Assembly (NCBI GenBank): GCA_964506375.1
Contig: CAZDKR010000001.1
Span: 1,672 to 25,684 of the forward strand
Length of the DNA stretch: 24,013 nucleotides
Direction: 5' to 3'
Source: an uncultured Gammaproteobacteria bacterium
Lineage (GTDB): Bacteria > Patescibacteriota > Patescibacteriia > UBA2196
Shown here: in pieces, positions 1 through 9,701 of the stretch
Layout of the letters: each line of letters begins with the position of its first letter
How positions within the stretch are numbered: the first letter of the stretch is position 1
Program-made: the position numbers and the translations under genes
The notes under the pieces: model-generated
Database searches by the model: none
What the model saw: only the letters and a program-made list of their open reading frames with translations
What the model was told of the DNA's origin: nothing

Positions 1-720
1 GGTCGTTTTGTGGAAAATGAAATGATGCGAAATATTATTGGTCAAGCAAAATCTGGTTTTAATATCCGCGAAATAATGGATAATAAAAAAATATTATTAG
101 TTAATTTGTCAAAAGGCAAGATTGGCGAAGTTAATAGCGACCTCCTGGGTTTAATTTTTGTTTCTAAATTGCAAATGGCAGCACTTTCAAGGGCTGATTT
201 GCCTGAATCTCAACGCCATGACTTTTATTTATATATTGATGAGTTTCAAAATTATGTCACAGATTCAATTGCCACCATTTTGGCTGAGGCAAGGAAATAT
301 CGTTTAAATTTGACAATGGCGCACCAGTACATTGGTCAGTTGGTAAAAAATCAGAACACGTCAGTTCGAGATGCTGTTTTTGGCAATGCTGGTACAATGA
401 TTTGTTATCGCATTGGCGTTGAGGACGCAGAAATGATGGCTAAGCAATTCGCGCCCGTCTTTAATGAATTTGACTTAATAAACATTGAAAGATTTAATGC
501 CTATGTAAGACTATTAATTGACAACCAAGCGGCTCGGCCGTTTAATATGCAGGCATTTCCGCCTGTCCAAGGCAATCCAGAAATTGCTCGTACAGTTATT
601 GAACTTTCCCGTCAAAAATATGGTCGGCCAAGGGAAGAGGTAGAGAAAGAAATTTTAAAGCGGTCAAAATTAGGAGAAATGACAGGTGAGGATAGCCGAC
701 CAGAAGTGGATATGCGCTAA
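1..720 (+). CDS. C-terminal part of a VirD4/TraG/HerA-like P-loop ATPase (type IV secretion system DNA-binding domain family); 5'-truncated by the window
   Basis: Frame is open from base 1. Motifs ILLVNLSKG, FYLYIDEFQN (Walker B) and ILAEARKYRLNLTMAHQY, plus VFGNAGT, are typical of coupling-protein-like ATPases. Confidence 0.8.
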   Translation, partial: GRFVENEMMRNIIGQAKSGFNIREIMDNKKILLVNLSKGKIGEVNSDLLGLIFVSKLQMAALSRADLPESQRHDFYLYIDEFQNYVTDSIATILAEARKYRLNLTMAHQYIGQLVKNQNTSVRDAVFGNAGTMICYRIGVEDAEMMAKQFAPVFNEFDLINIERFNAYVRLLIDNQAARPFNMQAFPPVQGNPEIARTVIELSRQKYGRPREEVEKEILKRSKLGEMTGEDSRPEVDMR

Positions 721-825
721 GGCAAAATGCCACCTTGAGGAGTTTTTACTTTTACTTTTTAAAGATTGGGAGTAACGAGAGGATCCGATGGAAGTAGTAA
801 AAATTGTTAAGTTATTGTTTTTCTT

Positions 826-922
826 TTCTACGGATAAAAATGCACGGTCGTTCATTTTCATCCGTAAGTATTTAAAATGTTTCTACGGATACAGACGTAC
901 GATCGCGCGTTTTCATCCGTAG
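826..922. repeat. Two tandem hairpin elements, 55-bp period
   Basis: TTCTACGGAT at 826-835 and 881-890. Each is followed after 24 nt by ATCCGTA (860-866, 915-921). Loops are centred on CGGTCG (845-850) and CGATCG (900-905). Confidence 0.85.
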
Positions 923-991
923 CTAGAGAATAGAATGTTTTTATAATTTCTAACCCTTTTTGATTTTTGGCTAACCTTAGCCATTTTTTCC

Positions 992-1021
992 TTGAATAAT
1001 TAACATTTCATGTGATATATA
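992..1021 (+). promoter_or_regulatory. Possible sigma70 promoter
   Basis: TTGAAT (992-997), 18-nt spacer, TGn-TATATA (1016-1021). Confidence 0.35.
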
Positions 1022-1098
1022 TAAAGATGGTGACATTTTAACTTAGCCAAAAAGTATTCTTTATTAGAGCAAAGTCTACAATTTATGGCTAATATTAG

Positions 1099-1296
1099 AA
1101 GAAAAATCTTAATAATAAAGTTTATCTTAATAGAATTTTAACTAATTTTAAAACAGAAGTTGATTTTGGGCAGGTTATTTTTGAGAACAGCTTTGGAATA
1201 GGAATTACCAACTGATTGGGTTTTGAGATCGGTGCAAGATATGAAATTCTGAATTCCAGACCAAGAAAAAGAATTTTCTATGGGTTTACAATTTGA
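1099..1296 (+). pseudogene. Possible decayed gene fragment, unidentified
   Basis: One frame reads KKNLNNKVYLNRILTNFKTEVDFGQVIFENSFGIGITN*LGFEIGARYEILNSRPRKRIFYGFTI*, with a single internal TGA at 1213-1215 and no start codon. Confidence 0.3.
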
Positions 1297-1307
1297 TTTT
1301 CTAATTT

Positions 1308-1345
1308 AGGGAGTAGTAGGGTTATGAGATCACTACTCCCTTTTC
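1308..1345 (+). terminator. Probable intrinsic terminator upstream of clpB
   Basis: 10-bp stem AGGGAGTAGT (1308-1317)/ACTACTCCCT (1332-1341), 14-nt loop, followed by a T-run. Confidence 0.6.
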
Positions 1346-1347
1346 AT

Positions 1348-1376
1348 TTGATTTTTTATCTTTATTTTGCTACTCT
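1348..1376 (+). promoter_or_regulatory. Possible sigma70 promoter for clpB
   Basis: TTGATT (1348-1353), 17 nt, TGn-TACTCT (1371-1376). Confidence 0.4.
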
Positions 1377-1443
1377 AAATAATACAGGTTTGCTTTTATC
1401 ACACTATCCCCTAATAATTTAAAAGTTTTGCTTATATAACATT

Positions 1444-4035
1444 ATGATTAATTTTCAAGAGTTGACCCAAAAATCAGCTGAGAGTTTGCAAAGCGCATTT
1501 GAGTTAGCGCAGGAAAAGAAAAATTCAGAGGTGACTGCCCATCACCTGCTTTTGGCCTTGCTTTTACAAAGCGAAACCGCAGTCACCCCCTTGTTTCAAA
1601 GAGTGGGAGTTTCTCCTGATGTATTAAAAAAAGAAATAGAGGATGAAATAAATAAAATGCCGACTTTAGCCTCTGTTTCTTTAGAACAGATTCGCCTTTC
1701 AGCAGAAGTTGATCAGATTTTTAATCAAGCAAAAAAAGAAGCCCACGGATTGGGTGACGAATATATCAGCACAGAGCATCTGTTGCTTGCTGTTTTAAAC
1801 ACCCAGAACAGCGCGCGGGAGCTTTTAGAAAGAGCCGGGGTTGACTATAAAAATGTTTTAGATAATATAGATAAAGTTCGCGGCAATATGAAAGTCACAG
1901 ATCAAAACCCAGAATCTAAATATAAAGTTTTGGAAAAATATGGCCAAAATTTTACTAAACTTGCTCGGGAAGGGAAGTTGGATCCGGTTATTGGCCGAGA
2001 TGAAGAAATTAGACGGGTTATGCAGATACTTTCCAGGCGCACTAAAAATAATCCAGTTTTAATTGGCGAACCGGGCGTGGGTAAAACCGCTATTGTGGAA
2101 GGCTTGGCTCAGCGCATCGTGGCTGGAGACGTGCCAGAAACTTTAAAGAATAAAGAAATTGTAGCCATTGAAATGAGTTCGCTTTTAGCCGGAGCCAAAT
2201 TTAGAGGAGAGTTTGAAGAGCGTTTAAAAGCAGTGCTCAAAGAAGTTGAGGCAGCCGAAGGAAAAATTATTTTATTTATTGACGAACTGCACACAGTAGT
2301 CGGGGCCGGGGCAGCCGAGGGCGCAATTGACGCGGCTAATATGTTTAAGCCTTTGCTTGCCCGAGGCAAACTCCACATGATTGGCGCCACTACTTTAAAT
2401 GAATATCGTGAACACATTGAAAAAGATGCGGCTTTAGAGAGAAGGTTCCAGCCAGTTTATATTGACGAGCCGTCAGTTGAGGATACAATTTCCATTTTGC
2501 GGGGCTTAAAAGAGAAATACGAAATTCACCATGGAGTAAAGATCACTGACGAAGCCTTAGTAGTGGCCGCGCGGCTTTCTGCCCGTTATATCACAGACCG
2601 TTTTTTGCCGGATAAGGCAGTTGATTTAATTGATGAAGCTACTTCTTCATTGAAGATGGAAATTGAAAGTTTGCCTTACGCGCTTGATCAAATTAAAAGA
2701 AAGATTAGGCAAAAAGAAATAGAGCGCGAGGCGTTAAAGAAAGATAAAAGCCAGGGCGCCAAGGAGCGCTTGGGCGAAGTGGAGAAAGAAATCGCCAATT
2801 TAAAGGAGCAGGAAAAATCTTTAGCCCAGGAATGGGAATATGAAAAGAAGTTAATTGAAAAAAGCAGGGAATATTCCAGTCAAATTGACGAGCTAAAAGT
2901 TCAGGAAGAACAGGCCGAACGCCAAGGAGAGTTGGAGAAAGTGGCCGAGATTAGATATGGCAAAATCCCGGAATTAGAAAAAAAGATTAAAGAAATTCAG
3001 GATAAGTTAAATAAAATACCTTCAGAAATTCGTCTTTTGCGGGAAGAAGTAAAAGCCGAAGACGTGGCTCGGGTGTTGGCCAAATGGACAGGCATTCCAG
3101 TGACTAGGTTATTAGAGAGTGAAAGCCAGAAATTAGCTCGTTTGGAATCAGAGCTAAAAAAGCGCGTAGTTGGCCAGGATGAGGCTGTTGAGGCGGTGGC
3201 TCGAGCTATTCGCCGCGCCAGATCAGGACTGGCTGCGCCTACAAGACCTTTAGGATCCTTTATATTTTTAGGGCCTACTGGGGTAGGCAAAACCGAGTTA
3301 GCCAAAGCTTTAGCCGCGGCTTTGTTTGATGACGAAAATGCAATGATTCGCATTGATATGAGCGAATATATGGAAGCTCATTCAGTAGCGCGTTTAATTG
3401 GAGCGCCGCCGGGTTATGTGGGTTTTGAAAAAGGCGGACAGTTAACTGAAAGGGTTAGGCGTCGGCCTTATTCAATAATTTTATTTGATGAGATTGAAAA
3501 AGCCCATCCTGAAGTCTTTAATGTCTTTTTGCAGATTTTGGATGAAGGCCACCTAACTGATGGCCAAGGCAGAAGAGTTAATTTTAAAAATACAGTTATT
3601 ATTATGACTTCTAATTTGGGGAGCGAAATTATTTACCAAGAAACAGGCAAGGACGAAGAAAAGATGCGAGACAAGGTTATGCAAATAGTTCAAAGGAGTT
3701 TTCGGCCAGAATTTTTGAATCGGATTGATAAAATTATTATTTTCCACCGTCTTGGACCTGAGCAAATGAAAACTATAGTTGATATTCAGCTTAATCAACT
3801 TAATCAGATATTGGCTGAAAAAAATATTAGTTTAGAAGTTGTGCCTGAAGTTAAGAAGTGGTTGGCGCAAGTTGGTTATGAGCCGACTTTTGGTGCTCGG
3901 CCCTTAAAGCGAGTGATTGAAGAGAAAATAATGGATGAATTGGCTCTCCAAATCATTGAAGGCAAGGTTAAAGAAGGGGATAAATTAATTGTGAAATTAA
4001 AAGGCAAAGATAAAATTGTTTTTGAAAGGAAATAA
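1444..4035 (+). CDS. clpB: ATP-dependent disaggregase ClpB
   Basis: 863 aa. N-domain, NBD1 ([15 protein letters not shown]), coiled-coil M domain (LKMEIES...AEIRYG), NBD2 ([20 protein letters not shown]). Confidence 0.97.
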   Translation: MINFQELTQKSAESLQSAFELAQEKKNSEVTAHHLLLALLLQSETAVTPLFQRVGVSPDVLKKEIEDEINKMPTLASVSLEQIRLSAEVDQIFNQAKKEAHGLGDEYISTEHLLLAVLNTQNSARELLERAGVDYKNVLDNIDKVRGNMKVTDQNPESKYKVLEKYGQNFTKLAREGKLDPVIGRDEEIRRVMQILSRRTKNNPVLIGEPGVGKTAIVEGLAQRIVAGDVPETLKNKEIVAIEMSSLLAGAKFRGEFEERLKAVLKEVEAAEGKIILFIDELHTVVGAGAAEGAIDAANMFKPLLARGKLHMIGATTLNEYREHIEKDAALERRFQPVYIDEPSVEDTISILRGLKEKYEIHHGVKITDEALVVAARLSARYITDRFLPDKAVDLIDEATSSLKMEIESLPYALDQIKRKIRQKEIEREALKKDKSQGAKERLGEVEKEIANLKEQEKSLAQEWEYEKKLIEKSREYSSQIDELKVQEEQAERQGELEKVAEIRYGKIPELEKKIKEIQDKLNKIPSEIRLLREEVKAEDVARVLAKWTGIPVTRLLESESQKLARLESELKKRVVGQDEAVEAVARAIRRARSGLAAPTRPLGSFIFLGPTGVGKTELAKALAAALFDDENAMIRIDMSEYMEAHSVARLIGAPPGYVGFEKGGQLTERVRRRPYSIILFDEIEKAHPEVFNVFLQILDEGHLTDGQGRRVNFKNTVIIMTSNLGSEIIYQETGKDEEKMRDKVMQIVQRSFRPEFLNRIDKIIIFHRLGPEQMKTIVDIQLNQLNQILAEKNISLEVVPEVKKWLAQVGYEPTFGARPLKRVIEEKIMDELALQIIEGKVKEGDKLIVKLKGKDKIVFERK

Positions 4036-4124
4036 AAGCGGAATTTTTGTGTTTGGTTTGCCTTGCCATTATGTTGTCTTGCCGGTCGCGCGTTTGGTAT
4101 TCTGTTTGCTGCTATTACAACGGG

Positions 4125-4164
4125 ATGGCGATCCTGATCCCAAGCGCTCGGGACAGGATGACAT
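4125..4164. repeat. REP-like palindromic element upstream of alaS
   Basis: ATCCTG-A-TCCC-AAGCGCTC-GGGA-CAGGAT hairpin centred on AGCGCT. Core 4138-4153 recurs at 11903-11918 and 20192-20207. Confidence 0.75.
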
Positions 4165-4173
4165 AAGAGAATT

Positions 4174-5994
4174 ATGACTTCAAAACAGCTTCGCAGAAAA
4201 TATATTGAATTTTTTAAAAGAAAGGGACATGTTGAAATTCCTTCTGCTTCTTTGATTCCTGAAAACGACCCTTCAGTTTTGTTTACAACTGCCGGTATGC
4301 ATCCGTTAGTCCCCTTTTTAATGGGCGAAAAACATCCGGCAGGCAGGCGCTTGGTCAATTCTCAAAAATGTGTGCGCACTGATGATATTGACGAAGTTGG
4401 GGACAAGTGCCACCACACTTTTTTTGAAATGTTGGGACACTGGTCGCTGGGTGATCCTGCTTCGCCTGATGGCGTTGGCCAAGACGGGTATTTTAAAAAA
4501 GAAGCAATAGAGATGAGTTATGAATTTTTAACCCAAGAATTAGGTTTGGATCCAAATAGATTGGCGTTTTCAGTTTTTAAGGGCGACGAAGATGCTCCAA
4601 GGGACGAGGAGGCTGCTAGTGTCTGGAAAAGCTTGGGCGTGCCAGAGAGCAGGATTGCTTATTTGGATAAAAAGGAAAATTGGTGGGAGCCTGCTGGCGA
4701 AAGCGGGCCTTGCGGCCCAGACACAGAAATGTTCTACTGGGCAGATAACCAAAGCCCGGCACCAGAAAAGTTTGATCCTAAGGATGAACGGTGGGTTGAG
4801 ATTGGCAATGACGTTTTAATGCAATATGAAAAAGCTGGCCAAGGCAAATATAGGCCGGCTAAACAGAAAAATATTGATAACGGAACCGGCTTGGAAAGAC
4901 TGCTGTCAGTAATGAACAATCTAGATGACGATTATCAAACAGATTTGTTTTTGCCAATTATAAACAAAATTGAAGAATTGTCCAGCAAGAAATATGACGC
5001 CTCTAAAGGGGCTGAGAATGTTAGGTCAATGAGAATAATAGCTGATCATCTGCGTGCCGCCACTTTTATAATGGGAGATGATTTAGGCATTGCGCCTTCC
5101 AACGTGGATCAAGGTTATGTGGTTCGCAAATTGATTCGTCGGGCTGTCCGCCATGGACGGATGATTGGCATTCAAGAGAATTTTACTCATAAAATTGGGG
5201 AAGTTGTGATTAATTTAATGAAAGATGTTTATCCAGAATTAGAAAGGAATAAGAAATTTGTCTTGGATAATTTGCAGATGGAGGAGGAGAAATTTACTCG
5301 GACACTCCAGCAAGGTTTAAGAAGATTTGGAAAGGTAATAAAGAAATATAGTAATAAAGTGATAAAGGGAGAGGACGCATTTAACCTATTCCAAACATAT
5401 GGATTTCCTTTAGAATTAACAAAAGAGTTGGCAAAAGAAAAAGGTCTGGAAGTTGATGAAAAGGGGTTTGAGCAAGAATTTAAAAAACATCAAGAACTTT
5501 CAAGAACTGCTGCGGCAGGCAGGTTTAAAGGCGGTTTAGCAGGTCAGTCAAAACAAGTAATAAAGTATCATACTGCCACTCATTTACTGCTTGCGGCATT
5601 AAGAAAAGTTTTGGGCGATCATGTAAGCCAAAAGGGCTCAAATATTACTGAGGAGCGATTGCGGTTTGATTTTTCCCATCCTGAGAAATTAACAGAGGAG
5701 CAAAAACAAGAAGTTGAAAAGTTGGTTAATGAGTGGATTGAAAAGGATTTGCCTGTCAGCTGGCAGGAGATGCCTTTAAATGAAGCCAAAGATTTAGGCG
5801 CAACCGGAGTTTTTGAAAACAAATATGGGGATAAAGTTAAAGTTTATACAATCGGTTCAGGCGATTATGTGGTCAGTCGTGAAATTTGCGGCGGGCCGCA
5901 TGTTGACAGGACTGGAGTTTTGGGTAATTTTAAAATTAAGAAAGAAGAGTCAAGTTCAGCAGGAGTTCGGCGAATTAAAGCTGTCTTGGAATAA
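4174..5994 (+). CDS. alaS: Alanine--tRNA ligase, short form lacking the C-Ala domain
   Basis: DPSVLFTTAGMHPL, SQKCVRT, TFFEMLG, IDNGTGLER; editing domain HTATHLL ... EICGGPH; ends GVRRIKAVLE. Confidence 0.97.
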   Translation: MTSKQLRRKYIEFFKRKGHVEIPSASLIPENDPSVLFTTAGMHPLVPFLMGEKHPAGRRLVNSQKCVRTDDIDEVGDKCHHTFFEMLGHWSLGDPASPDGVGQDGYFKKEAIEMSYEFLTQELGLDPNRLAFSVFKGDEDAPRDEEAASVWKSLGVPESRIAYLDKKENWWEPAGESGPCGPDTEMFYWADNQSPAPEKFDPKDERWVEIGNDVLMQYEKAGQGKYRPAKQKNIDNGTGLERLLSVMNNLDDDYQTDLFLPIINKIEELSSKKYDASKGAENVRSMRIIADHLRAATFIMGDDLGIAPSNVDQGYVVRKLIRRAVRHGRMIGIQENFTHKIGEVVINLMKDVYPELERNKKFVLDNLQMEEEKFTRTLQQGLRRFGKVIKKYSNKVIKGEDAFNLFQTYGFPLELTKELAKEKGLEVDEKGFEQEFKKHQELSRTAAAGRFKGGLAGQSKQVIKYHTATHLLLAALRKVLGDHVSQKGSNITEERLRFDFSHPEKLTEEQKQEVEKLVNEWIEKDLPVSWQEMPLNEAKDLGATGVFENKYGDKVKVYTIGSGDYVVSREICGGPHVDRTGVLGNFKIKKEESSSAGVRRIKAVLE

Positions 5995-6100
5995 AATACA
6001 ATAACCAAAAGATAAGAGATAAGGAGTAAGCAATTTCCAATAACCAAATAAAATTTCTTCTATTTTGCTATTGATTCTTGTATTTTGGTTATTAAGAACT

Positions 6101-7351
6101 ATGTCTTCTGACTTTAACATCAAAACCATAAAACCCAATGATGGGCTTAAGTACAAGACCCAGTTTAAAAAGAAACCGCGATTTAGAATTCGGGGGGCGG
6201 TGTTTTTTATTTTAATTATCTTTTTTCTGGTTTTATTCACTTATGTTTTGCCAAGTGTGACTGTAGTTGTTGTTCCAGAGACAAGAAAAATTGAAAAGGA
6301 ATTTGAAATTCAGTTGACAAGCGATGAATCCAAGGTTGATTTAAATAGAAATATTTTTCCAGCCCGCATTATTGAAGCGAGCGAGAAGGGCGAAGGAAGT
6401 TTTGAGGCGACTGGCGAGAAAGACATTGGGGACAAGGCAAGCGGTCAGGCAGTATTTTATAACCACACTGGCCGGTCTCAGCCTTTAACCACCCAAATAG
6501 ATTTAATTAATGATCAGGGCATAGCTTTTGCTGTCAAAGAGAATATAACTATTCCTCCTGCCAGGGTTGACGAAGATGGCAATATTGTTCCCGGCGAGAT
6601 TGTGGCTGAGATTGAAGCCAAAGAACCGGGCGAAAAGGGAAACGCGGGTCCGGGCAGGATTAACATTTCAGCCTTAGACATTGAAAGGCAAGAAAAGATT
6701 TATGGTGAAATTAGCCAGGGTTTAAGTGGCGGCAATTCTAAGATTGTGGTAGTTGTTTCCCAGGAAGATTTAGATAATGCCAAGGATGAATTGATAAGAG
6801 AGTTAGAACCAAAAGTTAAGGAAAAGTTAAAAAAGAAAGCCGGGGATGATATGTCAGTAATTGATAAACTGATAAATTTTGACGTTTCAGAAATTTCAAA
6901 ATCAATGGATGTGGATGCTGAAGTGAAAAATTTTGATATGAGTTTAAATTTAAAAGCTAAAGCCTTGGTTTATAACAATAAGGATCTAAGTTCATTTTTA
7001 AAAGACCAGATTTTAAAAGAATTACCAGCGGGGCAAACAATTGCAGAATCAGAATTTGGTCCAGAATCCCAAGCGCCTGGCAAGGGGTTGGAAGTTGAAG
7101 TTAGGAATTTTGATATCAATTTAGGCATGGCTGATTTAAAAATCAAAGCAGTTTTTCCTGTTTCAGAAAAGATTGATTTAGTCAAAATTAAGAGAAATAT
7201 TTTAGGCAAAAGGGAAAAGGAAGCCAGGAGATATATTTTATCATTGCCCAATGTCAAAGACGTGAAATTTATTTTTTCCTTGAGCTTAACTGATAAAATT
7301 CCGAAGTTTGAGAATAAGGTGAGGGTGAAATTGGGAGAAGTGATGAAATAA
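6101..7351 (+). CDS. Membrane-anchored protein with baseplate-J-like domain (CPR-type conserved hypothetical)
   Basis: ATG 6101 preferred over TTG 6065. Single TM segment (AVFFILIIFFLVLFTYVLPSVTVVVVP), ATGEKDIGDKASGQAVFYN, and AKEPGEKGN...I motifs recalled from this family. Confidence 0.6.
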   Translation: MSSDFNIKTIKPNDGLKYKTQFKKKPRFRIRGAVFFILIIFFLVLFTYVLPSVTVVVVPETRKIEKEFEIQLTSDESKVDLNRNIFPARIIEASEKGEGSFEATGEKDIGDKASGQAVFYNHTGRSQPLTTQIDLINDQGIAFAVKENITIPPARVDEDGNIVPGEIVAEIEAKEPGEKGNAGPGRINISALDIERQEKIYGEISQGLSGGNSKIVVVVSQEDLDNAKDELIRELEPKVKEKLKKKAGDDMSVIDKLINFDVSEISKSMDVDAEVKNFDMSLNLKAKALVYNNKDLSSFLKDQILKELPAGQTIAESEFGPESQAPGKGLEVEVRNFDINLGMADLKIKAVFPVSEKIDLVKIKRNILGKREKEARRYILSLPNVKDVKFIFSLSLTDKIPKFENKVRVKLGEVMK

Positions 7352-7505
7352 GAGATAATTTTTAACTTTTTTCACATTATGTTAATATGGCTGCGCGGTT
7401 ATTACAACATGCAGGTAAGACTAAGAAATTAAAAGTTCAAAGATAAAATAAATTTTTGTTTGCCCTTGAGTATTTAGGGTCATTGTGGCCAAAAGAAAGG
7501 AAAAC

Positions 7506-7535
7506 TTGACAATATTTTTAATTTTATTTTATAAT
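7506..7535 (+). promoter_or_regulatory. Consensus sigma70 promoter for the infA-rpsI block
   Basis: TTGACA (7506-7511), 18 nt, TATAAT (7530-7535), with an A-rich upstream tract. Confidence 0.8.
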
Positions 7536-7656
7536 AACAGCATAAGCAGAAATAACAAAAATGCTAAAAATAAAAAGAATTTAATTAAGCCAAAGAATAA
7601 TAAATTCTGGATAATTTTTTATACCCAGAATTTTATAAATATCTTTTAATATTTTA

Positions 7657-8010
7657 ATGTCAGAGGAACAGAAAAATAACCAAAATTTGGATAATAGCCG
7701 AAATGGCAGGGATAAGGTTGATAAAAGCGGTACTGATTTTGCGCAAAAGGATTTAAAAAAGATTGACCAAAAGGATGATTTTAGCAATTTTAAAGTTAAC
7801 AGAAAGGGCTTTATTGAAGTTGACGGCGAGGTAATAGAGACATTGCCAAGCATTACTTTTCGCGTTAGATTAGAGAATGACTATGAGATTTTAGCCCGTC
7901 TTTCTGGCAGGATGAGAATGAACAGGATAATGTTATTGCCAGGAGATAAAGTCAAAGTTGAAATAAGTCCATATGATTTGACCAAAGGGAGGATTACTTA
8001 TAGGTATTAA
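7657..8010 (+). CDS. infA: Translation initiation factor IF-1 with ~45-aa N-terminal extension
   Basis: [12 protein letters not shown]...FRVRLEN...[38 protein letters not shown]. Confidence 0.95.
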   Translation: MSEEQKNNQNLDNSRNGRDKVDKSGTDFAQKDLKKIDQKDDFSNFKVNRKGFIEVDGEVIETLPSITFRVRLENDYEILARLSGRMRMNRIMLLPGDKVKVEISPYDLTKGRITYRY

Positions 8011-8215
8011 TAATCGCGGAACAGGAGTGAAGATAGCGTGTTTTTTCGTCATATTAGAATTTTCTAGCTTTGAACTGACTCTGGCTTTATGTCAAGACAA
8101 TGTTATGCCCGTGTTTGTATAGAAGATTTATCTAGTGAAAACACACATAAAAAACACAAAAAAGAGCGTAAAAGATAACACAAATTAGGTGCATAAAGCA
8201 CTTGTTTATAAAGAT

Positions 8216-8329
8216 ATGAAAGTTAAAGCCTCGGTTAAAAAAATTTGTAAAGATTGCAAAGTAGTTCGTCGTAAAAAACGGGTGGTTGTGGTATGCAAGA
8301 ATCCAAGGCATAAACAACGGCAAGGATAA
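8216..8329 (+). CDS. rpmJ: 50S ribosomal protein L36 (zinc-binding type); not in the ORF track
   Basis: [37 protein letters not shown], 37 aa. Confidence 0.97.
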   Translation: MKVKASVKKICKDCKVVRRKKRVVVVCKNPRHKQRQG

Positions 8330-8335
8330 TTATTT

Positions 8336-8725
8336 ATGGCAAGAATAGCTGGTGTCAATTTACCCAATGATAAAAGAATAGAAATAGGTCTAACCTATAT
8401 TTTTGGCATTGGCAGGAGCTTGTCAAATAAAATTTTAAAAGAAGTTGAAATTAATCCTGACACAAGGGTTAAAGATTTGTCTGAAGAACAGGTAAATAAA
8501 CTAAGACAAAAGATTGAGAAGGAATATAAAGTGGAAGGTGATTTGAAAAGAGAGATTATTGGCAATATAAAGAGGTTAAAAGAGATTGGCTCTTATCGTG
8601 GCTCTCGACATGCCAAGAACCTGCCTGTTAGGGGGCAACGGACAAGAAGGAATACCCGAACTGTAAGGGGCAATGTTAGGAGAACAATAGGCTCTGGTAG
8701 AAAACCAGCGGCGCAAAAAACATAA
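8336..8725 (+). CDS. rpsM: 30S ribosomal protein S13
   Basis: [10 protein letters not shown]...GLTYIFGIG...YRGSRH...[11 protein letters not shown]. Confidence 0.97.
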   Translation: MARIAGVNLPNDKRIEIGLTYIFGIGRSLSNKILKEVEINPDTRVKDLSEEQVNKLRQKIEKEYKVEGDLKREIIGNIKRLKEIGSYRGSRHAKNLPVRGQRTRRNTRTVRGNVRRTIGSGRKPAAQKT

Positions 8726-8916
8726 TATCTTTAATAGTTTATCTTGAATGGTGCTATGTTTGCAGGTAAGCCGGGGTGCTGCGGAAAAAGAAAAAGTTAA
8801 TTTTGGCATAAAGCCAGGAAAGGCGCTTCGCTTTGAAAATTAAAAATTAAAAAATTAAGGGAAATAAAAATTATAGAGAATTATATTGATATATTAATTT
8901 AATTGGTAAAGATAAT

Positions 8917-9567
8917 ATGGATAAAAATAATAAAAAAGCCCAAGAAGAATTAAGCGATAAGTCATCTGATGAAAAAGATGATAAGGTTAAGGCTGAAGAA
9001 AAAACAGAAGAAGTGAAAAGCAAGGATGAAAAGATTGCGATCACAGAGGACTCTGAGAAAGTGCAGGGAGTTCAGAAAAAATCTCAAAGTTCTCAGAGAG
9101 ATTCAGAGCCTTCAGTGGTTGCAGAGGAAACATCTAAAAAAGAGAATAGTAGCCAAGAGTTAAAAACCCAAACTGTTATAGTCAAAGGAAAAAAGAAGAA
9201 AAAGAGGATGCCGTTTTTGAGAGGTGGCAGGGGACAGGCGCATATAAAATCAACATATAACAATACGATTGTGACCCTTACTGATTTAAATGGCGCTGTT
9301 TTGGCTTGGGCTTCAGCAGGCAAGTGCGGTTTTAAAGGGCCGAAAAAGTCAACCCCTTACGCAGCCGGAGTTATTGTTAGATCACTCTCAGATAAAGTGA
9401 AAGAATTAGGCATTAAAGAATTAGATGTTTTTGTTAAAGGCGTGGGCACAGGGCGAGAGGCGGCTATTAGGGCTCTTGATTCTTGCGGTGTAAGGGTTGT
9501 TTCTATAAAAGATGTAACTCCTATACCTCATGGCGGCTGCAGGCCAAGGAAAAAGAGACGGGTTTAG
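8917..9567 (+). CDS. rpsK: 30S ribosomal protein S11 with ~95-aa charged N-terminal extension
   Basis: [16 protein letters not shown]...[18 protein letters not shown]...[12 protein letters not shown]. Confidence 0.95.
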   Translation: MDKNNKKAQEELSDKSSDEKDDKVKAEEKTEEVKSKDEKIAITEDSEKVQGVQKKSQSSQRDSEPSVVAEETSKKENSSQELKTQTVIVKGKKKKKRMPFLRGGRGQAHIKSTYNNTIVTLTDLNGAVLAWASAGKCGFKGPKKSTPYAAGVIVRSLSDKVKELGIKELDVFVKGVGTGREAAIRALDSCGVRVVSIKDVTPIPHGGCRPRKKRRV

Positions 9568-9701
9568 AGGTTTTGCGTGAATTTTGATGCTGGCCTTGCC
9601 CGGACAGGTTTAGGCAGGCAGAATGTACCCGAATTTTTTAAAAGATTATCTAGAATTCGCATAAAGTTCGTGTGCAATTCAAATCAAAATTAGAATATTT
9701 T

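Noticed and set aside
1-720. Conjugative element suggested by the VirD4-like ATPase
   Set aside because: No relaxase, VirB genes or att sites are in the window. The upstream context is not visible, so this cannot be fully excluded.
1213-1215. TGA recoded as Gly/Trp (code 25 or 4)
   Set aside because: rplQ and rplM end at TGA at plausible C-termini, and no conserved gene is interrupted by TGA.
1308-1390. CIRCE/HrcA operator upstream of clpB
   Set aside because: No TTAGCACTC-N9-GAGTGCTAA is present. TTGCTACTC lacks a matching right half, and the hairpin fits a terminator better.
2764-2774. GAGCGCTTGGG in clpB matching the AGCGCT hairpin family
   Set aside because: It encodes the expected ERL of the M domain with no evident length change, so it is probably coincidence.
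4036-4173. T-box riboswitch upstream of alaS
   Set aside because: The region is too short, and no T-box consensus (TGGNACC) or terminator is present.
3876-4358. 160-aa minus-strand ORF and the other antisense or overlapping ORFs in the track
   Set aside because: They are shadows of well-supported genes, with no recognisable motifs.
4174-5994. Short AlaRS (and short TsaB, TruB without PUA domain) as novelties
   Set aside because: Such reduced forms are known in small-genome bacteria.
6101-7351. Prophage or contractile-tail locus suggested by the baseplate-J-like protein
   Set aside because: It is a solitary membrane-anchored gene among housekeeping genes, with no other phage or tail genes.
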